Part shown: piece by piece, positions 50,091 to 60,094 of the stretch
How positions within the stretch are numbered: the first letter of the stretch is position 1
How the letters are laid out: each line of letters begins with the position of its first letter
Source: Cyanobacteriota bacterium
Lineage (GTDB): Bacteria > Cyanobacteriota > Cyanobacteriia > Thermostichales > Thermostichaceae
DNA: 64,000 nucleotides
Assembly: GCA_033764955.1 (NCBI GenBank)
Contig: JANRIL010000022.1
Span: 1 to 64,000 of the forward strand
Direction of reading: 5' to 3'
Notes under the pieces: generated by a model
Databases searched by the model: none
The model's input: the letters and a program-made list of their open reading frames with translations, nothing else
Told to the model about the DNA's origin: nothing
Made by a program: the position numbers and the translations under genes

Positions 50091-51218
50091 ATGATTCCCT
50101 GCCAAAAAGCCTTGTTTGAGATCCCCCCCGATGTGACCTATCTCAACTGTGCCTATATGTCTCCCCTGCTGACGGCGGTTCGGGAGGCAGGGCAGCAGGC
50201 TGTCGCCCGTAAATCCTCCCCTTGGCAGATCCGTCCCCATGATTTTTTTGAAGAGGCGGAACAGGCTCGTGGGTTGTTTGCTCAACTGATCGGCGCTACC
50301 CCTGACGATATTGCCCTAATTCCTGCTGTGAGCTACGGGTTAGCCGTGGCGGCTCAAAACCTCAAGCTCAAACCGCAGGGATCCATGCTGGTGCTGGCTG
50401 AACAATTTCCCTCCCATGTCTATCCCTGGCGGCGCTTGGCTGAAAGACAACAGGCCAAGCTTTTCACTATCCCTCGCCCTCCTGATCAGGATTGGACAGC
50501 CGCCCTCTGGGAACGGATTGGGGATAGCACGACTGTAGTCGCCATTCCCCATTGCCACTGGACGGATGGGGGCTGGATTGATCTGGTGGCCATTGGGGAG
50601 CGCTGTCGTCAGGTAGGGGCGGCTTTGGTGTTGGATGTCACCCAATCCCTAGGGGCGCTACCGCTGGATGTCGCCGCCATTCAGCCGGATTTTCTGGTTT
50701 GCGCCACTTACAAGTGGCTGCTTGGCCCCTACAGCATGGGGTTTCTCTATGTGGCTCCGCCCCATCAGCAGGGACAGCCCCTAGAGGAGGGCTGGATCGC
50801 TCGTCAGGGCAGCGAAAACTTTGCTTGCTTGGTGGATTATCAAGACGCTTATCAGCCGGGATCCCGCCGCTTTGATGTGGGGGAACGCAGTAACTTTGCC
50901 CTTTTGCCGATGGTGATCACGGCTCTCCGGCAGATTTTGACCTGGCAGGTGAGTGAGATTGCCACCACCCTGGGATCCCTCACCCACAAGCTGGCAATGG
51001 GAGTTGCTGAGAGGGGATTGATCACGGCTCCCGCCCATCAACGAGCCAACCACATGCTAGGGATCCGCTTTCCCGATGGCCTGCCTGCTGACCTAATGGA
51101 GCGCCTTGCCCAGGAGCGGGTTTATGTCAGCCAACGGGGATCCTCGATACGGGTCTCTCCCCATCTCTACAACGACCTCACCGATATTGAGCGATTGTTG
51201 CATCTGATTTTGCCGTAA
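50091..51218 (+). CDS. Class V PLP enzyme (cysteine desulfurase/lyase-like)
   Basis: YLNCAYMSP, LDVTQSLG, YKWLLGP, RVSPHLYN. Confidence 0.85.
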   Translation: MIPCQKALFEIPPDVTYLNCAYMSPLLTAVREAGQQAVARKSSPWQIRPHDFFEEAEQARGLFAQLIGATPDDIALIPAVSYGLAVAAQNLKLKPQGSMLVLAEQFPSHVYPWRRLAERQQAKLFTIPRPPDQDWTAALWERIGDSTTVVAIPHCHWTDGGWIDLVAIGERCRQVGAALVLDVTQSLGALPLDVAAIQPDFLVCATYKWLLGPYSMGFLYVAPPHQQGQPLEEGWIARQGSENFACLVDYQDAYQPGSRRFDVGERSNFALLPMVITALRQILTWQVSEIATTLGSLTHKLAMGVAERGLITAPAHQRANHMLGIRFPDGLPADLMERLAQERVYVSQRGSSIRVSPHLYNDLTDIERLLHLILP

Positions 51219-51322
51219 CATTTCAGAAGGTAGCGGAGTAGTTGCCCCCTCAGCCCTCCCTACCCCCTGGCAACAAGAGATAGACTCGTGATTTTTTTAG
51301 CAACTCCAAATAACTTTGCCCT

Positions 51323-51532
51323 ATGGCTATGACTACTTTGATCAAACCTGGAGACAAAGTCCGCATTCGTACTGTGCGGGATCGTGGTCAAGAAGCGATC
51401 AAGCCCCGCTTGGGCACAGAAGCCGTGGTCTTGACCCGCCGTGTAGTGGATGGCAGCGGTGTAGGCTATAACGTGCAATTTGCCGATCAGTCTACTCAGT
51501 GGTTTTTTGACCAAGAAATCGAAGGTGTCTAG
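51323..51532 (+). CDS. petP: Cytochrome b6f subunit PetP (DUF2862)
   Basis: GDKVRI..VRDR, DGSGVG..VQF.D.ST.WFFD.EI. Confidence 0.8.
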   Translation: MAMTTLIKPGDKVRIRTVRDRGQEAIKPRLGTEAVVLTRRVVDGSGVGYNVQFADQSTQWFFDQEIEGV

Positions 51533-51542
51533 GGATCCGGCC

Positions 51543-51851
51543 ATGCCCCTGCATCTGAATCGGCATAGTCTTGCCCGACATCTGGCAGAACAGGTGGATG
51601 GCCTGACTATTCCGCTCGCCTCAGCCACCATTGAGGTGATGCTGGAGGCCATTGCCAGCACCGTAGCGGCGGGGGGAACCGTCCGTTTAGCGGGCTTTGG
51701 CACATTTTCGCTACGCTATCGGCAGGCTCGCCAAACCCGTCACCCCCGCAGCCAAGTTTGGGTCACTATCCCGGCGGTCTACCGTCCTCACTTCACCCCT
51801 GCCCCCAACTGGCAAGCCCAGGTACCGCCCCCATCACCACCCGCCCTCTAA
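51543..51851 (+). CDS. HU/IHF-family DNA-binding protein (divergent)
   Basis: V.LAGFGTF...R.AR..RHP.....IPA...P.F.P. Confidence 0.8.
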   Translation: MPLHLNRHSLARHLAEQVDGLTIPLASATIEVMLEAIASTVAAGGTVRLAGFGTFSLRYRQARQTRHPRSQVWVTIPAVYRPHFTPAPNWQAQVPPPSPPAL

Positions 51852-51866
51852 CTAGGCTGTTGTCGG

Positions 51867-53372
51867 ATGTCTTCTTTTGCTGACCCGCCCCCCCTCGCTG
51901 CCAAGGGTTCAGGGGTTTTGGTTTGGTTTCGCTGCGATCTACGGATGCAAGATCACGAACCTCTCTGGCTGGCTGCTCAGTCCGGTCAAGCTGTAGTGCC
52001 TGTCTATTGTTTCGATCCCCGTCACTGGGGAACCACCCCCTTTGGTTTTGCCAAAACCGCCGCCTTCCGCAGCCAGTTTTTGCTGGAGAGTGTGGCGGAT
52101 TTGCGAGCCTCCCTGCAAAAATCAGGTAGCAATCTGCTACTGCGGCGAGGGGATCCCGAACAGGTGTTGCCCAGCTTGGTGCGGCAACTGGGTTTATCGG
52201 CGGTTTATGCCCATGCCCTAGTGGGTACCGAAGAAGCATCGGTAGAAGCCAACCTCCGCCTGGCACTAGCTAGTCAAGGGATCCCTCTGCATCTCTGCTG
52301 GGGACATACCCTTTACCACCCCGCCGATCTACCTTTTTCCCTGGAGCGGCTGCCAGAAGTGTTTACCACCTTTCGCAAACAAGTGGAAGGAACCACCGCC
52401 CCCCGCCCCCCCCGCCCCGCCCCGCCCCGCCTGCCCCCATTGCCCCCTGACCTAGAGATGGGATCCCTGCCCCGCCTAGCTGACTGGGGATTAGCGGATC
52501 CCGTGGCGGATGAGCGGGCGATGTTTCGGTGGCAAGGGGGAGAAACCGCCGGACTGGCTCGCCTCCACCACTACTTTTGGGATCAGGATCGCCTACGGGT
52601 TTACAAAGAGACACGCAACGGACTGTTAGCCGCCGATGACAGCTCCAAATTTTCCGCCTGGTTAGCCCTAGGCTGCCTGTCCGCCCGTAGTATCCATGAG
52701 CAGGTGCAAGCCTACGAAGCCAGATGCATCCGCAATAACTCCACCTATTGGCTAGTTTTTGAACTCCTCTGGCGGGACTACTTTCATTGGATCGCCCTCA
52801 AGCACGGCAACCGCCTGTTTCGTCCCTCCGGCTTGCAAGGGTTGCCCATCCCCTGGTCGATTGACTGGCCCCGTTTTGAGCGGTGGCAAGCCGGAACCAC
52901 CGGATATCCCCTTGTGGATGCCTGTATGCAGGAGCTAGCCGCCACCGGATTTATCTCCAATCGCGGACGACAAAACGTAGCCAGCTTCCTCACCAAAAAC
53001 CTAGGGATCCACTGGCAGATGGGAGCCGAATGGTTTGAATCCCTTTTGATTGACTACGATGTCGCCAGCAATTGGGGCAACTGGAACTACACGGCAGGCA
53101 TTGGCAATGATGCCCGCGGCTTTCGCTACTTTCATATCCCCAAACAATCCCGTGAGTATGATCCCCAAGGGGATTATCTCAAACACTGGTTGCCCGCCCT
53201 GCAAGGGATCCCTAGCGCTTACGTCCACGAACCCTATCGCCTCACCGCCAGCCAACAACAGCAATACGGAGTGCGTCTAGGGGTGAGCTATCCCCGCCCC
53301 GTTGTCGATCTGGAAAAATCCCTGCGTGCCCAAGAACGAATTTATCAAACAGCCCTCAGCCAAACCCGATGA
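51867..53372 (+). CDS. Cryptochrome DASH
   Basis: WFRCDLRMQD, YKETRNG, SSKFSAWL, ELLWRDYF, SNRGRQ, GIGNDARGFRYF. Confidence 0.93.
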   Translation: MSSFADPPPLAAKGSGVLVWFRCDLRMQDHEPLWLAAQSGQAVVPVYCFDPRHWGTTPFGFAKTAAFRSQFLLESVADLRASLQKSGSNLLLRRGDPEQVLPSLVRQLGLSAVYAHALVGTEEASVEANLRLALASQGIPLHLCWGHTLYHPADLPFSLERLPEVFTTFRKQVEGTTAPRPPRPAPPRLPPLPPDLEMGSLPRLADWGLADPVADERAMFRWQGGETAGLARLHHYFWDQDRLRVYKETRNGLLAADDSSKFSAWLALGCLSARSIHEQVQAYEARCIRNNSTYWLVFELLWRDYFHWIALKHGNRLFRPSGLQGLPIPWSIDWPRFERWQAGTTGYPLVDACMQELAATGFISNRGRQNVASFLTKNLGIHWQMGAEWFESLLIDYDVASNWGNWNYTAGIGNDARGFRYFHIPKQSREYDPQGDYLKHWLPALQGIPSAYVHEPYRLTASQQQQYGVRLGVSYPRPVVDLEKSLRAQERIYQTALSQTR

Positions 53373-53502
53373 CCATAGGGATCCAGGGGATCCCCATATC
53401 TGCAATAACTGAGGAGCTGTACATCTTGAGTTAAGAGACAATTATTTGAGGTGACTGGCGAAAAGCTATGGCAACCAAATCAGAAACCTGTCACTAGCAT
53501 GT

Positions 53503-53596
53503 TATAGTCATTCCAAATAAGAATGCGATCACCTAAATCTTGATATCCAAGCTTTGAGAGATTCTGGGTTTCTCAAACTAAATTGGAATGACTATA
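53503..53596. mobile_element. 94-bp TA-flanked MITE-like element (IS630-type ends)
   Basis: Perfect 14-bp inverted repeat TATAGTCATTCCAA / TTGGAATGACTATA. Confidence 0.65.
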
Positions 53597-53670
53597 TATA
53601 CGTTATATACGTTTCATCGATCAGTGAGAATTGGTATAGTTAAATCTGAATGTTCATGACATTTATGAAA

Positions 53671-53871
53671 ATGATTACCCTAGGTGAAATTGAACAGGCT
53701 GTCAGACAACTATCATCTGAAGATCTTTCTGCTTTCCGCACTTGGTTTGCAGAGTTTGATGCGGAGTTATGGGATCGACAATTTGAGGCAAATGTAGGCG
53801 ATGGTCGGCTTGATGCACTTGCTGAAAAAGCCCTGCAACATCTACGGGAAGGACGCTGTACTGATCTGTGA
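53671..53871 (+). CDS. Putative antitoxin
   Basis: EIEQAV..L......FR.WF.EFD...WDRQ...GRLD.LA..A; GTGA overlap with the next gene. Confidence 0.7.
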   Translation: MITLGEIEQAVRQLSSEDLSAFRTWFAEFDAELWDRQFEANVGDGRLDALAEKALQHLREGRCTDL

Positions 53872-54122
53872 AACACCGAGCAACTCCCGATTTTTGCTAT
53901 CACTATCGACAGTTTCCACAGAATATTCAAGACCTTGCTGATCAGTGTTACGATTTGCTAAAACAAAACCCCCGGTATCCGTCTCTCCACTTCAAGAAAG
54001 TAGGGCGATTTTGGTCTGTGCGAGTAGGGCGACATTATCGAACCATTGCTGTAGAGGGAGATAATGAAATGGCTTGGTTCTGGATTGGTTCCCATGCAGA
54101 GTATGACAAACTTTTGGGGTAG
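53868..54122 (+). CDS. ParE/RelE-like toxin
   Basis: PSLHFKKVG..WSVRVG..YR, WFWIGSHAEYD. Confidence 0.8.
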   Translation: MKHRATPDFCYHYRQFPQNIQDLADQCYDLLKQNPRYPSLHFKKVGRFWSVRVGRHYRTIAVEGDNEMAWFWIGSHAEYDKLLG

Positions 54123-54215
54123 TGGTGCGGCCTAATCAAATTAGGCCAGGTTTGTAGCTTGGAGCACCTATGATAGCCTGTGAGAATTTCATCCTGCTTG
54201 AGATATTGCTGCCCT

Positions 54216-55484
54216 ATGGCTACTGAAGAATCGTTGCCACCATCAGAAACTCCTCAATCTCCACCAGTAACCCCACCTGAGACTTTGGGAGTGCGTCTTT
54301 GGCAATTAGCTCAGGTATTTCTCAAATTGGGCGTCATTGGATTTGGCGGTCCACAAGCCCACATGGCGATGCAAAATGATGAGGCTGTTGGGCGACGACA
54401 ATGGTTAACTCAGGAACAATTTACGGAGGCCATTGCTGTATGCGAAATGTTGCCAGGGCCTGCTTCCACCCAACTGGGTATTTATATTGGCTATAGTCGA
54501 GCTGGACATTGGGGAGCCGTGATCGCAGGTTTGTGTTTTATTGCTCCTGCTTATCTCATTGTTTTGTTATTGTCCTGGATCTATTTTCGCTTTCAAAGTT
54601 TGCCACAGTTGGAATCGGTTTTGCTGGGAGTTTCCCCCATTGTTATGGCGATTATTTTGGGTTTTTGTTGGCATCTTGGCAAAAAAACTCTCAAAGAATG
54701 GACGCGCATTGCCATAGCAATAGCTGTATTTTTAGCGGCTTGGCTGGGAAAAGTGAATGTGGCGATTCTCTTTATGGCTGCCGCCCTTTTGGGATCCCTT
54801 TTGTATGGACCCCGTGGACCACTGCCGGGAGGAAAGCCTGCCCAAACTCTGGGGATATGGATGCTCGCCTCTGTGACAGGGATTTCGGCGGAAACCCTTG
54901 CCCTCTCTGGCTTTTGGGGGGTAGAACGACTGGCGGACTATGGCTGGGCACTGGCCTGGTTTTTTCTGAAGGTGGGCAGCCTGATCTATGGGGGAGGATT
55001 GGTGATCATTCCCTTCCTTGCCGGAGAAGTGGTGGATCAACTGGCTTGGCTCACCCCCAAGGAGTTTTTGGATGGGGTGGCCATTGGACAACTTAGTCCT
55101 GGGCCGGTGGTCTTGACGGCAGCCTTTGTTGGCTATAAGGTGGCGGGGGTTTGGGGATCCCTGATTGCAACAGTGGCGATTTTTCTCCCTTCATTTGTGT
55201 TTATCATGGCGGCGGCTCCCATTCTGTTGCGAATCCGCCACAATCCCTGGATCAAAGGAGCCTTGACGGGTGTGACTCCGGCGGCGTTGGGCGCGATTGC
55301 CGCGGCGGCCATTCCGTTGGCTGAGGGGAGTTTGCTGTTACCAACCTTGACTCAAACGATTGTGGCCTGTGTCTTGATGGTGCTGGGATTAGTGGGGCTG
55401 CTCCGGTTTAAGGTGCCAACATGGCAACTCATTCCGGCAGGAGCCTTATTGGGCTTGTTGGTTGGTTTCTTACCTCTAAATTAA
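54216..55484 (+). CDS. chrA: Chromate efflux transporter
   Basis: Two CHR domains: GFGGP..H...PGP and YGGG...PGP. Confidence 0.92.
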   Translation: MATEESLPPSETPQSPPVTPPETLGVRLWQLAQVFLKLGVIGFGGPQAHMAMQNDEAVGRRQWLTQEQFTEAIAVCEMLPGPASTQLGIYIGYSRAGHWGAVIAGLCFIAPAYLIVLLLSWIYFRFQSLPQLESVLLGVSPIVMAIILGFCWHLGKKTLKEWTRIAIAIAVFLAAWLGKVNVAILFMAAALLGSLLYGPRGPLPGGKPAQTLGIWMLASVTGISAETLALSGFWGVERLADYGWALAWFFLKVGSLIYGGGLVIIPFLAGEVVDQLAWLTPKEFLDGVAIGQLSPGPVVLTAAFVGYKVAGVWGSLIATVAIFLPSFVFIMAAAPILLRIRHNPWIKGALTGVTPAALGAIAAAAIPLAEGSLLLPTLTQTIVACVLMVLGLVGLLRFKVPTWQLIPAGALLGLLVGFLPLN

Positions 55485-55576
55485 CTTGAGCCTTCTTATT
55501 AGCTACGCCTTGATAAGACTGTCCTTGTGCAGTTAGCCTATCCTTATCTGTCGTTAACCTGCGGCTATGGAGCCAA

Positions 55577-56539
55577 GTGAGTGGCGGCGTCACCTTGCCT
55601 AGGAGAGAACAAGCCGTGATTCAGGAGACTAAAACTGTTACCGGAGCAGCCATACCGCTCCCTCCTCAGCCTGAGGGGGAAGTGCTCTTACTCAACCCAT
55701 CTATCCCCAACGCAGAGGATCCCGCGATCTTCTCTCCCGAATTTTGGCAAGAAACCCTGGCATTGACCCGTCGTTGGTTTATTCAATTGCAGCGCCGCCC
55801 GACTACTTTGTTGGTCGGAATTATTCAACCCTTGCTCTGGCTGATTTTGTTTGGAGCTTTATTTCAGAAGGCTCCGGAGGGCATTTTTGGGGTAGGGCGC
55901 AGCTACACGCAGTTTTTGGGGGCGGGGGTCATCGTGTTTACGGCTTTTGGCGGCGCACTGAATGCTGGGGTTCCCGTGATTTTTGATCGGGAATTTGGCT
56001 TTCTCAACCGGTTGTTGGTTGCCCCGCTCACCTCCCGTTTTTCGATTGTCTTGGCCTCCACCATTTTTATTGCCAGCATGGCCTTAGTACAAACGGTTGT
56101 GATTGTGCTGGCTGACTATGGATTGGGAGCCGGCATCCCTAATTTAGCGGGGTTGGGGATTGTTTTGTTGATCGTTAGCCTGTTGGTTTTGGGCTTTACT
56201 GCGCTTAGCTTGGGCTTAGCCTTTGCGATGCCGGGACATCAGCAATTGTTGGCGTTGATCTTTTTGGTCAACCTGCCCCTGATCTTTTCCAGCACAGCCC
56301 TTGCTCCCCTTTCGTTTATGCCCACTTGGTTGCAATGGGTGGCTAGCCTAAATCCCCTCACCCATGCGATCGAGCCAATTCGCTACGTCTATGGACATGC
56401 CGATTGGAGCCTAGCTGCCATTGTCCTAGAAGCTCCCTGGGGATCCCTTTCTTTGGGCTGGTCGTTGGCGGCACTGGCTGGATTTGTCGCTATTTCCGTT
56501 GGGCTGGTGCAAGGGGTTTTGCGGAAGGTTTTGGCCTAG
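55577..56539 (+). CDS. ABC-2 type permease (Ycf38-like)
   Basis: QPLLWLILFG, FDREFGFLNRLLVAP, NPLTHAIEPIR. Confidence 0.88.
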   Translation: MSGGVTLPRREQAVIQETKTVTGAAIPLPPQPEGEVLLLNPSIPNAEDPAIFSPEFWQETLALTRRWFIQLQRRPTTLLVGIIQPLLWLILFGALFQKAPEGIFGVGRSYTQFLGAGVIVFTAFGGALNAGVPVIFDREFGFLNRLLVAPLTSRFSIVLASTIFIASMALVQTVVIVLADYGLGAGIPNLAGLGIVLLIVSLLVLGFTALSLGLAFAMPGHQQLLALIFLVNLPLIFSSTALAPLSFMPTWLQWVASLNPLTHAIEPIRYVYGHADWSLAAIVLEAPWGSLSLGWSLAALAGFVAISVGLVQGVLRKVLA

Positions 56540-56559
56540 GGGATGGGATAAGTTAAAGA

Positions 56560-57426
56560 TCAGCTAATACCCAGATCCGGTAGATTCAGCCGTTCTAGGG
56601 CAGGAGCGGTGCGTTTCACCAACCCAGTAAGAACCGATTTGGGACCGATCTCCCACACCCCTGTCACCCCATCAGCGGCCATCTGCAAGACCGTTTCTCG
56701 CCATCGAACAGGGGAGGTCATTTGCTGCACCAGTAAGTCCTTCAGGTGGTGGGCATCTTGACTGGCACTGGCACTGACATTGCTATAGACAGGCACCCGC
56801 GGAGTGGCGAAGGGGATCCCTTGCAAAACACTAGCAAACTCAGCCGCCGCCGGAGCCATTAACACCGAATGAAAGGCTCCACTGACGGGCAAAGGCACGA
56901 AGCGCTTCGGACGTAGCTGCTCGGTGACGGTTTGCACGGCTGCTTGGGTGCCAGCCACCACCACTTGATCAGGGCTATTGTCATTGGCAATCACCACCCC
57001 TTCGACCGTGCTGCACAGATGTTCCAGTTTGGCGCGGTCAAACCCTATCACCGCCGCCATCATCCCCGTGGTAGCTTGATCCATGAGCATAGCCCGCTGC
57101 TTGACCAACTGAAGACCCGTTTCCAGATCAAACACCCCGGCACTGTAGAGGGCACTATACTCCCCTAAACTATGGCCAGCCACACAAGCGGGTTGATGCG
57201 CCTGTTGATGGAGGTGATCACTGAGGAGGGCGCAGACCAAAAAAAGAGCAGGCTGAGTATAGAGAGTGCGATTTAGCTGGGCTTCGTTCAACTCTAGCCA
57301 CGACCACCCCAGCAGTTTCTCCGCCAGTGCCAGCTTTGGCTTAACCCCGGGTAAGTTGACAATCTCCTGTCCCATCCCCACCGCTTGGGATCCCTGTCCA
57401 GGAAAAATCCAGGCAATCATCGTCAT
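56560..57426 (-). CDS. fabD: Malonyl-CoA:ACP transacylase
   Basis: FPGQGSQ, GHSLGE, SGAFHS; ATGA overlap with fabH. Confidence 0.96.
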   Translation of the reverse strand: MTMIAWIFPGQGSQAVGMGQEIVNLPGVKPKLALAEKLLGWSWLELNEAQLNRTLYTQPALFLVCALLSDHLHQQAHQPACVAGHSLGEYSALYSAGVFDLETGLQLVKQRAMLMDQATTGMMAAVIGFDRAKLEHLCSTVEGVVIANDNSPDQVVVAGTQAAVQTVTEQLRPKRFVPLPVSGAFHSVLMAPAAAEFASVLQGIPFATPRVPVYSNVSASASQDAHHLKDLLVQQMTSPVRWRETVLQMAADGVTGVWEIGPKSVLTGLVKRTAPALERLNLPDLGIS

Positions 57427-58451
57427 GGTGTATGTCGTCCCCAGCGAAAGACTATAGCGCCCCAACTCAACCCCGCTCCAAACCCGGCCATTACTCCCAG
57501 ATGCCCAGGGGCAAAGGATCCCGCCGCCAGCGCATCCGCCAGGGCAATCGGCACCGAAGCCCCCGATGTATTGCCGTAGTGTTGCAACACCGAAATCACC
57601 CGCTCCGGATCCACCTCTAACCGTTTGACAATGGCATCCAAAATGCGCTGATTGGCCTGATGAATAAAAAAGCCCTGGATCTCCTGCGCCGATAAGCCTG
57701 TGCGAAACAGCACCTTTTCGATCACCTCAGGGACGGCGGTCACCGCAAATTTATACACCTCCCGCCCGTTCATCCCAATCGGCAAACACTCATATTCCCC
57801 CACCTGCAGATCTCCCACCAGTGGGCGAGGTTGAGTGGCTAGAGGCAGGGTGAGCAGTTCGGTTCCGCTGCCATCGGTTCGCAGTTCTAATCCCAGCAAG
57901 CCGGATACATCAGCAGTTTCTAGGATCATCGCCCCAGCTCCATCCCCAAACAAGATACAGGTGGTGCGATCTTGCCAATCAACGGTGCGCGAAAGCACGT
58001 CCGCCGCCACCACCAAAGCCCGTCGATATAACCCCGTCTGAAGGAACTGGGCGGCAGTGGCTAGGGCAAAAACAAATCCCGTACAAGCGGCTGAGAGATC
58101 AAAAGCAATAGCTCGACTGGCTCCTAGCAAGGCTTGCAGTTGGGGAGCCGAGCCAAAACGGTCTGGGCTAGTGGAGGTAGCAAGAATGATCAAATCGATA
58201 TCGAGTGGAACTAATTCTGCCTGATCCAGAGCTTGCTGAGCCGCCCTAGCCGCCAGATCCAACAAGCTTTGTTCAGGGGGCAAAATGCGGCGCTGGCGAA
58301 TGCCGGTGCGCGGCCAGATCCATTCGTCGGAGGTGTCCACCAACTGGCTGAGGTGATCGTTAGTCAACACCGGATCGGGTAAAGCGGATCCCACCCCCAC
58401 CACCTGCACGGCCTGTAGGGAAGTAGCCATATCCAACGCAGCACTATTCAT
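57423..58451 (-). CDS. fabH: 3-oxoacyl-ACP synthase III
   Basis: AACTGF, FGDGAGA, HQAN, GNTS, GFGAG. Start 58451 or 58430. Confidence 0.96.
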   Translation of the reverse strand: MNSAALDMATSLQAVQVVGVGSALPDPVLTNDHLSQLVDTSDEWIWPRTGIRQRRILPPEQSLLDLAARAAQQALDQAELVPLDIDLIILATSTSPDRFGSAPQLQALLGASRAIAFDLSAACTGFVFALATAAQFLQTGLYRRALVVAADVLSRTVDWQDRTTCILFGDGAGAMILETADVSGLLGLELRTDGSGTELLTLPLATQPRPLVGDLQVGEYECLPIGMNGREVYKFAVTAVPEVIEKVLFRTGLSAQEIQGFFIHQANQRILDAIVKRLEVDPERVISVLQHYGNTSGASVPIALADALAAGSFAPGHLGVMAGFGAGLSWGAIVFRWGRHTP

Positions 58452-58536
58452 GGGATCCAACCGGAGGACAATAAGGACAGTGAAAACCGAGGGCAGTAGC
58501 CAGCTAGCCAACCCCTCTGACTGGTCTAGGGAGATT

Positions 58537-59586
58537 TTAGGGTAAAACTACTCCATCCAACGGTTTTTTTTCCTGCCCAGAACCGTTGTTTTCTGAGAGT
58601 TCAACCTGGGCTATTTCGGTCTGGATGTGTTGCAGAACGCCTTTTTCCACCGATTCTTTAGCGAGGCGAATGGCATGAAAGACCATCGCTTGCTTGGAAC
58701 TACCGTGGGTAATCACACAAATTCCATCTACCCCCAGCAACAAGGCTCCTCCATACTCCACATAGTCAATCCGCCGCTTCACCTGCCGCAGATTGGGGCG
58801 CAGAATCCAGCAGCCCAATTTTCCCCACCAGCCTTTGGGTAGCTCTTCTAGCATGACTTGGGTGATCGTCTGTCCGGCGCTTTCCGCAAACTTGAGGAGG
58901 ATGTTACCCACAAAGCCATCGCAGACCACAACATCAAAATTTCCGGTTAAGACATCCCGCCCTTCGGCGTTGCCGACAAAGTTAATATGGGGCTGATGGG
59001 CTAGGCGCTGGTGGGTATTGAAGGCCAGATCGTTACCTTTGTTGGCTTCTTCCCCGATGTTGATCAGACCCACCCTGGGATGTTGCACGTTGAGCACGTA
59101 TTGACTGTAGAGGGATCCCATCAGGGCAAATTGTTCTAAAAACTTGGGACGACAATCGACATTGGCACCCACATCCAACAGCAGAACGGGTTTTGACTTG
59201 AGGGTGGGCAGCATCGCCGCGATGGCAGCTCGGTCAATCCCCGGCAACCGTTTTAAGCTCCACATCGCCGCCGTCATAGCCGCCCCGGTGTTGCCCGCCG
59301 CCACGACCGCATCCGCTTGTTGATCCCGTACGAGATCCATCGCCACCCGAATCGAGGCTTTGGGTTTCTTCTTGAGGGCAGTGACGGGTTCTTCGTGCAT
59401 CCCGATATCGTCTTCGGCAGGAACGATTTCAATCCCATCTAGGCTGGTCGGCAAAAAAGGCTGAATGGCTTCTGGGTGACCGACAAGGGCAATTTTGACT
59501 CCCAGTTGCTCCCGCGCCAACAAAGCTCCCTTAACGACCTCGCCAGGGGCGTAATCGCCACCCATCGCATCCACAGCAATCCGCAC
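58537..59586 (-). CDS. plsX: Phosphate acyltransferase
   Basis: DAMGGD, AGNTGA, LDVGAN, DGFVGN, HGSS. Confidence 0.97.
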   Translation of the reverse strand: MRIAVDAMGGDYAPGEVVKGALLAREQLGVKIALVGHPEAIQPFLPTSLDGIEIVPAEDDIGMHEEPVTALKKKPKASIRVAMDLVRDQQADAVVAAGNTGAAMTAAMWSLKRLPGIDRAAIAAMLPTLKSKPVLLLDVGANVDCRPKFLEQFALMGSLYSQYVLNVQHPRVGLINIGEEANKGNDLAFNTHQRLAHQPHINFVGNAEGRDVLTGNFDVVVCDGFVGNILLKFAESAGQTITQVMLEELPKGWWGKLGCWILRPNLRQVKRRIDYVEYGGALLLGVDGICVITHGSSKQAMVFHAIRLAKESVEKGVLQHIQTEIAQVELSENNGSGQEKKPLDGVVLP

Positions 59587-60094
59587 AAACTGACCTCACA
59601 CGGTAATGGCTTTGTTGTCTTAAGCGCATCCAGATCCTATCAGATTTGCTGATCCATCAGGGATCCCTTGCCATCCTTTGGGTGAGGTTTTGCCTAGCTA
59701 GCCCCGCTGGGATCCTTAGGGAAAAGGAAGAGAGATTCTATCCCTAGCCGTCTTGGGGGGAGGGCTGAAAGCTAGGACTGTATTTTCAGATGGCTCTTAA
59801 CGGTTTCCTACACTTGAATGGCTATGGAACCGTTCTTTGAGCATTTTGCTTTCAGAGCATTTTGCAGGATCGCCATCCCCACTCAATAATAATGTCCACT
59901 ATCAATCCAGTCTCTTAGAGGTAAAAAATACCCATTGCGACGACTCACATCTTAGTGAAGGGGCTAGTGTGGATCCCTGCTTTCTCATTCGGAGCCTTGA
60001 AGCTATTAGCTCCTGAGGGGATGAGGTGGTAGGCGGGATCCCCTCCCCATTCAGATAGGGATCCCTAGTTTCTGAAAGTTAAGGTTGTCATCCG

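Noticed and set aside
54123..54150. Integron attC-like site after the toxin gene
   Set aside because: GGCCTAAT does not fit RYYYAAC, there is no matching GTTRRRY core, and no integrase is present.
55577..56539. ABC permease without an adjacent ATPase as a novelty
   Set aside because: Ycf38-type permeases need not sit next to their ATPase, and scattered ABC components are common in cyanobacteria.
59839..59865. Direct repeat GAGCATTTTGC x2 upstream of plsX
   Set aside because: Only two copies with a 5-nt spacer. Not CRISPR, and I recognise no regulator motif.
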